Part shown: positions 28,793 through 36,629 of the stretch, in pieces
Layout of the letters: each line of letters opens with the position of its first letter
Numbering within the stretch: position 1 is the stretch's first letter
Origin: Chlamydia trachomatis
Lineage (GTDB): Bacteria; Chlamydiota; Chlamydiia; Chlamydiales; 2-12-FULL-49-11
Assembly (NCBI GenBank): GCA_945872565.1
Contig: CAMBZN010000002.1
Span: forward strand, 71,556-135,555
Direction: 5' to 3'
Length of the DNA stretch: 64,000 nucleotides
Program-made: the position numbers and the translations under genes
The notes under the pieces: generated by a model
What the model saw: only the letters and a program-made list of their open reading frames with translations
Told to the model about the DNA's origin: nothing
Database searches by the model: none

Positions 28793-29242
28793 ATGAAAAT
28801 AAAAAGAAAAAGCCCATTAACCATCATCGAGATCATGATTGTGATATTTATTATTTCAATTGTAGGTGGAGTAATGAGTCATAATATGAAAGGAAGTTTA
28901 GTTAAAGGGAGAGCTTTTAAAACAGAGACAGCATCTAGAGAGGCGTATGATATTTTATCATTGGAACTTGCTTCAGGAACAACGTTAGAGGAGATTGTTG
29001 CAGATCCTGATAAAGTATTGATGGGATCGGGGCTTGTAAAATCTACGAAAAAGCTTCTTAAAGATGGATGGGGAGATGATTTTAAAATTTTGATGGTGGG
29101 CACTGAAGATTTTATCCTTTATTCTGAGAAGTGGACAGCCTATTTAAGCGGAGAGAAGGGGATGTCTTTTACCGAGATTCAGGAAAATTACCCTTGGGCA
29201 TACAACTTGAGCGTTATTGATGACCCAAAAAAAACATCGTAA
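28793..29242 (+). CDS. gspG: GspG-like major pseudopilin with a non-canonical leader
   Basis: 'MKIKRKSP|LTIIEIMIVIFIISIVGG': basic leader, hydrophobic helix and Glu at +5, but Pro instead of Gly at -1. Confidence 0.7.
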   Translation: MKIKRKSPLTIIEIMIVIFIISIVGGVMSHNMKGSLVKGRAFKTETASREAYDILSLELASGTTLEEIVADPDKVLMGSGLVKSTKKLLKDGWGDDFKILMVGTEDFILYSEKWTAYLSGEKGMSFTEIQENYPWAYNLSVIDDPKKTS

Positions 29243-29648
29243 GCATTTTTTCACTCTCGTCGAGATTTCTCTCTGTTTGGCCCTTCTTTTGATTCTCACG
29301 TCCGTCTTTTCAACCTTTGGTTATGAAGGAGTAAAGGAATTTAGAAGGAGAAACGGAAGAGCTGAATTTAAAGATACCCTTTTATATCTTCATCAAGAAA
29401 ATGGGATTAGAGAAAATAATCTTATGCTGCTGATTGCCCAAAAGGGGGATTATATTGAAACTACTTTAGGTGGAAATACCACTGGTTTAGAGGTAAAAAA
29501 AATTCGTACCTCATTTTATACAGGCAAATTGTTTGAAGAAGATGCTGTGTATGCAATAAAAATTACCCCTGCAGCGTTTCCCTCGGACAAAAATTTGACC
29601 AATTGGATAGTTCAAAATGACTGTATATTTCAATTTTATGCGGACTAA
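29217..29648 (+). CDS. Second pseudopilin-like protein
   Basis: 'MMTQKKHRKHF|FTLVEISLCLALLLIL': FTLVE motif with Glu+5. Phe instead of Gly at -1. Confidence 0.6.
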   Translation: MMTQKKHRKHFFTLVEISLCLALLLILTSVFSTFGYEGVKEFRRRNGRAEFKDTLLYLHQENGIRENNLMLLIAQKGDYIETTLGGNTTGLEVKKIRTSFYTGKLFEEDAVYAIKITPAAFPSDKNLTNWIVQNDCIFQFYAD

Positions 29649-29658
29649 CTCCGAAGAA

Positions 29659-29687
29659 TTGTAAAATATCCCTATTTATTGTATAAT
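29659..29687 (+). promoter_or_regulatory. Near-consensus sigma-70/66 promoter
   Basis: TTGTAA-N17-TATAAT, about 30 nt upstream of the ATG at 29718, which has an AAGGAAGG RBS. Confidence 0.5.
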
Positions 29688-29717
29688 TTTAATATCTTAA
29701 CAAAAGGAAGGTTTTTT

Positions 29718-30368
29718 ATGAGCATAAATCCAACAGGAGCAGGGGCAGCGGCACCAGCTGCAGCAGCACCAGCAGGCAATAGTTTTCCACAACTATCTAC
29801 AAAGGCCTCTCTTGGTATTTTAACAACACTTGGGCAAGCAAACATTGCGGGTATACTTAGTACTTTTGGACCTAATACCTTGCCAAATGGGGCTCAAGCG
29901 TTTGCGCTATTAAGCCCGCAAGCTCTTACTGCTCTACAAGTTCCTTTTGGAAAATCAGATCAAATCACTGCTCTAGAGGCAGCAAAAACAAAATTAGAAA
30001 AGGCTACAGAAAGAAGAGCCTCAGCTTATGCGCGTATAGAGGAACTAGGGGAAAGCAATTCAGATTTTGTAGAAAAAAGCTTAAAAAATTATAAAGATTT
30101 ACACATTACAGAAAATAATCTACTACTTGCAAGGAGTCATGCAGCTTCGCTTACTAGTGAAGGTGATAAAGAAGCAAGTAACGATGCAATCAATATCCTT
30201 GAGAGAAAAAAACGCGCGCTCACAAAAAAAATTGTGGCTGCTAAAAAAGTAAACAAATCGCTTGATACAAAGGTTTTTGTATCAGCTAATGCCATTAACT
30301 GCTCTGAAGATATAATAAGAGAATCAACGGCTTTGATTGCAGAATTAGAAAGGAAATTGGAAGAGTAG
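29718..30368 (+). CDS. Ala-rich N-terminus / coiled-coil hypothetical protein
   Basis: 'MSINPTGAGAAAPAAAAPAGNS...' followed by a long helical, charged region. I prefer the ATG at 29718, because the track's TTG start at 29679 falls inside the predicted -10 element. Confidence 0.55.
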   Translation: MSINPTGAGAAAPAAAAPAGNSFPQLSTKASLGILTTLGQANIAGILSTFGPNTLPNGAQAFALLSPQALTALQVPFGKSDQITALEAAKTKLEKATERRASAYARIEELGESNSDFVEKSLKNYKDLHITENNLLLARSHAASLTSEGDKEASNDAINILERKKRALTKKIVAAKKVNKSLDTKVFVSANAINCSEDIIRESTALIAELERKLEE

Positions 30369-30701
30369 ATTCGTTGAGGGCGGCAAACTAAAGAGCTACG
30401 GTAGAAGCATCCATGTTTATTTTTTTAAAGTAACCCCGGAAACTTTACAGCTTTGATTGCATGAAAGAGAAATTTTGCCATCACTATATCTAATCATCCG
30501 CCTTTTCAAAAGAACTAGTGCTTGTCTAATGCCTTAATTAAATGAAGATTAGATTTTGGCATTTTCCCGTAAGAAATACACTTTTAATAGACTCTCTTTC
30601 GCTAATCCATTTTTGATAAATTTAGTTACGTGATAAAACGCTCCTAATGGCAGCATTGTATTTACTCGCATTTTAGTAGAATTAAGACCTGTTTATTTTG
30701 A
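30369..30701. other. 333-bp ORF-free spacer containing only stop-interrupted fragments (possible gene remnant)
   Basis: No ORF longer than about 40 codons in any frame. The longest is minus-strand 'MRVNTMLPLGAFYHVTKFIKNGLAKESLLKVYFLRENAKI*'. This is the largest non-coding gap in an otherwise compact window. Confidence 0.3.
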
Positions 30702-31526
30702 TCACTTAGCTCCCCAGTAAATGACTACATTCTTATCCGTATTCATATCTGTTGAGACTGTTTCAGCTCTAACTTTAGGATCTATTCCATACATTCTTAA
30801 TCTATCGCACCAGTCAGAAACATTGTAAGCTTTTTCATAAATCGAATTATATAAAATATACCCTCTTTTACAAAAGCAAATAACTTTTTCTAGATACTCA
30901 TCTTGAGTCTTTTTATCACACTCTGAAATACCATAATTACTAATAAACAAGTCGTAATCTGTTATGTTGCCATATTCTTCAGGGCTCTTTGTTATAAAAT
31001 TTTTCACTTCAAGTGCATTTAAATATCTATTTACCAACGGTAATACGTAACTTAAGTCGATTAGTTCGTAACTACTAAAATTAAGAAATTTGGATACAAT
31101 AGCACATTGCCCTCCATAACCCACTCCGATCTCTACAATTTTACAGCCATCTTTTAGATCAAACATCTTATCAAATTCACCTAAGAAATGCACGTATCGA
31201 AGTGTAACCGGAGAAAACTGACCATAAGGATAAAATTCACACTTAAGAGGGGCTCCATATAGATCATTCTTACTAAACTCAGGTAAATAATCTAATAAAT
31301 TAGGATGATACTTTACTATATTTGCAAAAAATATAGACCCAAGAGCAGGGGTCACATGTTCATATACTTCCATTATACTTTGATCTTTTCTGAAATTTTC
31401 AAAAGAAAAGTCGTCTTCTGCACTTTGTATAACAGCAGCCTTATATCTATCATAAGCCGATGTCAAGGAAGCGGTAAATAGATTTGATGTGCATACAAGC
31501 GCTATACTTGTTAATATAACTTTCAT
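30702..31526 (-). CDS. Class I SAM-dependent methyltransferase-like protein with an N-terminal signal peptide
   Basis: Motif I 'VEIGVGYGGQ'. I prefer the ATG at 31526 ('MKVILTSIALVCTSNLFTA', RBS AAAGGA) to the track start at 31598. The gene is AT-rich. Confidence 0.6.
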   Translation of the reverse strand: MKVILTSIALVCTSNLFTASLTSAYDRYKAAVIQSAEDDFSFENFRKDQSIMEVYEHVTPALGSIFFANIVKYHPNLLDYLPEFSKNDLYGAPLKCEFYPYGQFSPVTLRYVHFLGEFDKMFDLKDGCKIVEIGVGYGGQCAIVSKFLNFSSYELIDLSYVLPLVNRYLNALEVKNFITKSPEEYGNITDYDLFISNYGISECDKKTQDEYLEKVICFCKRGYILYNSIYEKAYNVSDWCDRLRMYGIDPKVRAETVSTDMNTDKNVVIYWGAK

Positions 31527-31662
31527 ACTAAAATCCTTTTGTAAATTGAAAAAAGATTTTAGTATATCTTTTGCTTTTTGTAAAGTTTTTTCCAACACGA
31601 TTTACAAAGCATTGTCTTTACCTACAATATTTTATAAAATCGAAAAGTACTTTTAGCGCAGC

Positions 31663-34173
31663 TTAATTGTCTCCAAAGGTCTGCTTGTCTACTCTTACAT
31701 CGTCTTCATATTTTTGAAATATTTTCTTCCTGCCGTCATCGAAATATTTATTAAAAATCCCATGCTTTAATCCATTCTTATATTCAGCCTCGAAAATCAA
31801 AATTCCATTTTCGTTATAGCTTTTTGCTAATCCATGTAGCAGGCCATTTTCGTATGTCTTAGAGTGCTTTATAGATCCATCATGATAATAGGCAATTTCC
31901 TCGCCGGTGGGAGCTCCAAGCAAATAAGGGGTCTTTATTTTTACAATCCCGTCTTTATAGAATTCCTTCACCTCTCCATTAGGAAGCCCTTTGGAAAAAC
32001 TTGCCTCACGTAACAAAACATTTTGATCGTTCCAGAACGTTGCCTTACCCTCCATTAAACCCTTCACCACTGTATACTCCTCAGCAAGGGCCCCATTGAT
32101 GTGAAACTTTTTTACCCGCCCTTGCAAAAACCCTCCAACATTGTACCCTTCTATATATTTAACAAGACCATACTGCGGATCAAGGGGATAAAAAACTCTT
32201 ATTAATCCCTCTCGAACACCATTTTTATATGTCACTTCTGTGCTAACACCCTTTTCATTTTTGACATAAAGAAGCCCATCTATCTCTCCATGGTGATAAT
32301 TTGCCGCTTCAATGACTTCTCTTTCATCATCACAAATCCGTTTTGGTCCGTGCATCTGATCGTCTTTATAGGTAATTAGGCTTTTCACTTCTCCATCTGG
32401 ATAAAAAATCTTCTGCTCACCGTCTCTTTGTCCCTTTTCATTGTAATTTTCAACTATGGCCTTAACTTCACCGTCTGCATCAAAATACTGAATCTGCTTG
32501 CCCACTAAATTTCCAGCCTGATATTGCCGATGATACGAAGGTCTGCCACTTTTGTAAAAACCGCTAGATTCCCCATCTAATTGACCATCATTATATCTTT
32601 CCAAGTATGCTTGCGTTCCATCGTTATAGTAGCCATAAGACTTGCCGTCGAGTTTTCCGTTCCTATACTCTTCCTTTTTATATAAAACATCCTTCTCATA
32701 GTAAAAAACACTCGGACCATGCTGCTTACCAGCCAAAAATTTCCCTTGATAACGAGGAGATCCATCTTCAAAATAATCGAAATATTCTCCATTATGCGCC
32801 CCATCCTTCATCTGAATAAAAGCTTTAACAATTCCCGTATCATAGTAATGAATTACTTCCCCATCTAAAACTCCATCCTTATAAGTTAATGAAGTACATA
32901 AGGCCCCATTTTCATGATAAATTTTATGTTCACCATCGAGATTTCCATTTTTAAACAGTTCTTTCTTTAATAACTGGCCGTTTTCAAACCAAGAGAAACA
33001 ATCTCCATCTGCAACACCCGCTACGTAATTCCCTTGATATCGTTTATTGCCGTTACTGTAATATTCTTCAATAAGTCCATGAAATTTCCCTTCTTTATAA
33101 TGAAAGGATTTCATGATATTGCCATTATCATAGTAGGTAAGAAAGTCTTTTTCAAAATCACTTCCCTGCTTGAAGTAATTTGCAATAAGCACCCCCTGCT
33201 CGTTGTACTCCTTGATAGAATCTAGTAATCGACCGTTTTTGTCATACTTAGCTAGGAATAGAATTTGTCCTTTGCTATTTTTTCTAAAATGTTCCCCAAC
33301 AGGTAATCCATTTTTAAACTCACTAATTCCGAGAATCTCCCCACCTTCAGAATACTCAAATTGCTTTCCTTGAAGTTTGTCCTCAAAATAGACATGGTAA
33401 TTTTTTTTATTTCCGCCAGGGAAAAATAAGACATGATCCCCATGCTTTAGACCATTTTTATATCTTTGCGTAGAACTTAACGATCCATCTTCAGAATAAA
33501 AAATTAACGCAGCTTTTGTTTCAGTGTCGTTAAGTTCCCCATTACTAAAATAACGGTGCGACGATATTACCCCCGATTCATGCCAAGTAACTCCCATCCC
33601 TTGTAAGATCCCCTTCTCGTAAGGCCATTTGCTCACTCTTTTTCCTGATGGGTAATAGGACCAAAATTCTCCTTCAATCTGACCATTTACATAGAAACAC
33701 TCCGTCTTTTTTTCACCGTTTTCATAAAACTCCTCAACCTTTCCAGAAAGAGCCCCATTCTCATAGTGTGCTACTTTTTCCTCCTTCCCATTTCTATACA
33801 ACTCTACGGCAAGTCCATGTTGCACACCATTTTGGTACTCCTTCACAGACTGCACAGAAGATGGAGAATAAAAAGATACAGACGTTCCATGAGGAACTAC
33901 TTCTAAAACTCCCCCCATTTCCACTTCAGTTACATCCTCTTCAAGAATTAAGGTACCAGATTCGGAAAGAATACAACGCTTTACAGCAACGTCCTTCACC
34001 CCCTCTTTTTGATAAAATTGAATGATATGATCCTGTCCATTAAAGTGCCTTTTTAAAATAACCGGTTTCCAATCAGGGGCTTTCAATTTTAATGGCTCTT
34101 TAAGGGAAAGCTCCAAACCAAATGCACTAGCGCATAAACAGACTAATAATACACAAATTTTTTTAACATTCAT
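31663..34173 (-). CDS. Secreted MORN-variant / YwqK-type repeat protein (836 aa)
   Basis: Signal peptide 'ICVLLVCLCASAFG'. Some thirty degenerate repeats of the form 'Y..G....G....YY.NG......Y..G...G'. Confidence 0.75.
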   Translation of the reverse strand: MNVKKICVLLVCLCASAFGLELSLKEPLKLKAPDWKPVILKRHFNGQDHIIQFYQKEGVKDVAVKRCILSESGTLILEEDVTEVEMGGVLEVVPHGTSVSFYSPSSVQSVKEYQNGVQHGLAVELYRNGKEEKVAHYENGALSGKVEEFYENGEKKTECFYVNGQIEGEFWSYYPSGKRVSKWPYEKGILQGMGVTWHESGVISSHRYFSNGELNDTETKAALIFYSEDGSLSSTQRYKNGLKHGDHVLFFPGGNKKNYHVYFEDKLQGKQFEYSEGGEILGISEFKNGLPVGEHFRKNSKGQILFLAKYDKNGRLLDSIKEYNEQGVLIANYFKQGSDFEKDFLTYYDNGNIMKSFHYKEGKFHGLIEEYYSNGNKRYQGNYVAGVADGDCFSWFENGQLLKKELFKNGNLDGEHKIYHENGALCTSLTYKDGVLDGEVIHYYDTGIVKAFIQMKDGAHNGEYFDYFEDGSPRYQGKFLAGKQHGPSVFYYEKDVLYKKEEYRNGKLDGKSYGYYNDGTQAYLERYNDGQLDGESSGFYKSGRPSYHRQYQAGNLVGKQIQYFDADGEVKAIVENYNEKGQRDGEQKIFYPDGEVKSLITYKDDQMHGPKRICDDEREVIEAANYHHGEIDGLLYVKNEKGVSTEVTYKNGVREGLIRVFYPLDPQYGLVKYIEGYNVGGFLQGRVKKFHINGALAEEYTVVKGLMEGKATFWNDQNVLLREASFSKGLPNGEVKEFYKDGIVKIKTPYLLGAPTGEEIAYYHDGSIKHSKTYENGLLHGLAKSYNENGILIFEAEYKNGLKHGIFNKYFDDGRKKIFQKYEDDVRVDKQTFGDN

Positions 34174-34182
34174 AACGGCCCT

Positions 34183-34833
34183 CTATTTTGCTTCGGTCAT
34201 TTGCTTTTGGATTACACTTAAAAATGGACTTTTCTCCACTAATTCTTTTCCATCCCCCTCTAAAAAAACCTTAAGCGCTTGCCCGGTTTTTATTGCCTCA
34301 TCTTTTCGATCAAGTAATTCTTCCAGCAAAAGGAGTCTATATTGATTATAAACAGTTAAAAAGGGGCGTTGCTTTTTAGAAAGAAGCCTCTTCTGTGCAG
34401 CCTTGCTCTCAAGATACGCACCCTCTAAATCTTTTTTCTCAATAAGCACCGAAGCATCAGAAAATAAACTCACTTGAGGATTTTTTATCACAAGGCGTTC
34501 ATTGATCCCCTTTAAAATGGAATCTACTTTATCAAAATTTTCTTCCTCTAAATACCTCTTAGTAAATAGTGGATCAAACATTGGGGCAAGGGCTTTAAAA
34601 GAAAGGAGCTTTTTTTCTAAAGATGGCAAATTCACTTCAGTGCCGTTTTTTATAGATTCAGCCATAGAATATAAGTAATTATAATCCCTACCCTTTGATT
34701 GCTTTTCTGGATGTAGTTTAGATAGACAAGAGGCAAGCCCCACTAAAAGAGCAAAAATCCCTAACAAAACCCATTTCAAATGAATCAATACATTCATAAC
34801 AGTAGGCTTTTCGTGCACTAAATCCGACTTCAT
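34183..34833 (-). CDS. Single-pass membrane hypothetical protein
   Basis: TM 'WVLLGIFALLVGLASCL' followed by a helical soluble region. 9-bp gap to the MORN gene start. Confidence 0.5.
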   Translation of the reverse strand: MKSDLVHEKPTVMNVLIHLKWVLLGIFALLVGLASCLSKLHPEKQSKGRDYNYLYSMAESIKNGTEVNLPSLEKKLLSFKALAPMFDPLFTKRYLEEENFDKVDSILKGINERLVIKNPQVSLFSDASVLIEKKDLEGAYLESKAAQKRLLSKKQRPFLTVYNQYRLLLLEELLDRKDEAIKTGQALKVFLEGDGKELVEKSPFLSVIQKQMTEAK

Positions 34834-34952
34834 CGTTTCCTCTATTCAAAAGAAGAATTATAGTGTTTAGAAAATATAGAATCAAGAAATTAGAGAAAAA
34901 AACTTTGAAAGTCAAACTGTAGATTAGAATCTTATGCGTCAATAAAACAAAT

Positions 34953-35528
34953 TTACAAATTAGGATTTCGCCCGCATCGTTTGAAAAGTAAAAAAGAAAC
35001 ATCCCCGGACCCGTCGATCCCCACCGTTTTGATTTTATGCTGAAATAGCAATAAATCATGAGCTCTCATAATTCTCTTATAATTCTCTAAATCGCGGCTT
35101 TCAAATGAATAGACATTTCCATCAACTTTAGACTGCTCAAGCGATTCAGCAACAAGGAGCCACTTGCACCGAACATTTTTCATTATCTCATGAATTTTTT
35201 CTTCTGAAAGTTCCGACAAAACTCTGCACGCCATAAACATCTCTGTAGTATAAATACGATCAGACGGTGTTGTAAAAACGTAGTCAGAGAATCTATTTTT
35301 GGCATTAATGATGATCTTTTCATCAATATCAAGCCCTAAATACCCCTCTTTAGAAAAAGCTTTACAGAGCCTTCCATCCCCGCAACCAAAATCAATAACA
35401 TCTTTGACCGCAAAATCTCTGCTTATGGTCGCAACCATGTCGGAAAATTCATGGTCGTGCGATGGCCCTTGCATGTAGGGGATCCCTTCGGTAAATTCAA
35501 GAGCCTTTTTCATTCCTTTCATATCCAC
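34953..35528 (-). CDS. Class I SAM-dependent methyltransferase
   Basis: Motif I 'VIDFGCGDGRL', post-I 'LGLDID'. 191 aa. Confidence 0.7.
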   Translation of the reverse strand: MDMKGMKKALEFTEGIPYMQGPSHDHEFSDMVATISRDFAVKDVIDFGCGDGRLCKAFSKEGYLGLDIDEKIIINAKNRFSDYVFTTPSDRIYTTEMFMACRVLSELSEEKIHEIMKNVRCKWLLVAESLEQSKVDGNVYSFESRDLENYKRIMRAHDLLLFQHKIKTVGIDGSGDVSFLLFKRCGRNPNL

Positions 35529-35546
35529 GACATACTCGAAAACAAG

Positions 35547-36575
35547 TTATCTTGCAAACACTATCTCTGCTAAAATTTTTCTGTGCCCAGCAGAGAACGG
35601 ATAGGCTCCCAACATCTCCTTGCAAACTAACTCATAACCATTTGGCAAGCAGATAGATCCAGAAACTCTGCATTGGATAGGGTACAGTGACGCTTTATAT
35701 TTAGTAAAAAAATGAACCACCTCTTTATATTCTTGTACTTTTTCCAATTTACAAGAAAAAAGTTGTTCCATTATTTTAATACCAGCTGCACAAGAGCCCA
35801 TCTCTACATAGGGAAATTCATAAAGTCCGTTCATTAGCTTTTTTGACTCCCTTTTTATTACAATAGCACCATCCATTTCTATTACAAAAACCGTCCTAAA
35901 AATCTTTTCCACTTTTGGTTTTGGCTTCACAACAGGAATAACATCCGTCAGCTGTTCATTAAACGCCTTGCAGTTTCCCATCAAGGGACAACTAGTACAT
36001 TTAGGTTTTTTTGTACAAACGGTTGCGCCAAGCTCTATGAGTGCTTCAAAAGGTTTGTGGCTATTTTTCGGCGGCAGAAATTGATCCAACAGCTCAATCA
36101 CCTCATTTCCACGATCAACCCTCCGGCTGACACCATAAAATCTTGCAATCACTCTAATGATGTTTCCATCAGCACCCAAAACCCTCCGATTAAAAGCAAA
36201 ATGAGAAATTGCAGCTGCTGTATAAGGACCGATCCCTTTGAAGGATAGGATTTGCTTTTGATCAGAAGGAAAAGTCCCTCCAAATTGTTCCATCACAGTG
36301 ACAGCAATTTGTCGAAGATTTCTCGCTCTAGAGTAGTACCCAAGACCCTCCCAAAGCTTCATCACCTCTAAATCAGAGGCTTTAGAGAGTGTTTGAAAAT
36401 CTGGAAGGAGCCTCATCCACCGCTCATAAAATGGAACCGCTGCAGCTGCACGAGTTTGTTGCAGCATAATTTCTGAGACAAGAACTCGATAGGGAGTTTT
36501 ATCCACTCTCCAAGGAAAGTCCCTTGCAAGAGTGTTAAACCAATTTGCCAATTCCTCTGCATGCTCATACTTCAT
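35547..36575 (-). CDS. mutY: A/G-specific adenine DNA glycosylase MutY
   Basis: 'ILVSEIMLQQTR', 'GLGYYSRARNL', 'GIGPYTAAAI', Fe-S loop 'CTKKPKCTSCPLMGNC', and a C-terminal NUDIX-like domain. Confidence 0.92.
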   Translation of the reverse strand: MKYEHAEELANWFNTLARDFPWRVDKTPYRVLVSEIMLQQTRAAAAVPFYERWMRLLPDFQTLSKASDLEVMKLWEGLGYYSRARNLRQIAVTVMEQFGGTFPSDQKQILSFKGIGPYTAAAISHFAFNRRVLGADGNIIRVIARFYGVSRRVDRGNEVIELLDQFLPPKNSHKPFEALIELGATVCTKKPKCTSCPLMGNCKAFNEQLTDVIPVVKPKPKVEKIFRTVFVIEMDGAIVIKRESKKLMNGLYEFPYVEMGSCAAGIKIMEQLFSCKLEKVQEYKEVVHFFTKYKASLYPIQCRVSGSICLPNGYELVCKEMLGAYPFSAGHRKILAEIVFAR

Positions 36576-36629
36576 ACAAAAACTATACCAAATTACTAGT
36601 TTTATTACCTCACTCTTGCTATAAAAAGA

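Noticed and set aside
29679-29717. TTG start at 29679 used by the ORF track for the Ala-rich protein
   Set aside because: The TTG falls within the predicted TATAAT -10 box region. The in-frame ATG at 29718 has a strong AAGGAAGG RBS, so the shorter ORF is preferred.
30369-30701. Possibility that the ORF-free 333-bp spacer encodes a structured RNA (tmRNA, RNase P RNA, SRP RNA, 6S)
   Set aside because: I could not find a tRNA-like acceptor/T-arm end, the SRP 'GGAA...AGCA' domain-IV motif, RNase P conserved regions or long complementary arms. I kept it only as a possible gene remnant.
33648-34025. 125-aa plus-strand ORF and several 60-75-aa ORFs within 32577-33443
   Set aside because: All lie inside or opposite the 836-aa MORN-repeat ORF. 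Their His/Pro-rich composition is typical of antisense translation of Gly/Tyr/Glu-rich repeats.
31663-34173. Periodic sequence that could be mistaken for a tandem DNA repeat or CRISPR-like array
   Set aside because: The periodicity is at the protein level (~23-aa MORN units) within one uninterrupted ORF. The DNA copies are too diverged, and there are no conserved direct repeats with unique spacers.
34718-35059. 113-aa minus-strand ORF bridging the gap between the membrane protein and the methyltransferase
   Set aside because: It overlaps the ends of two better-supported genes in other frames. It has implausible composition and no RBS.
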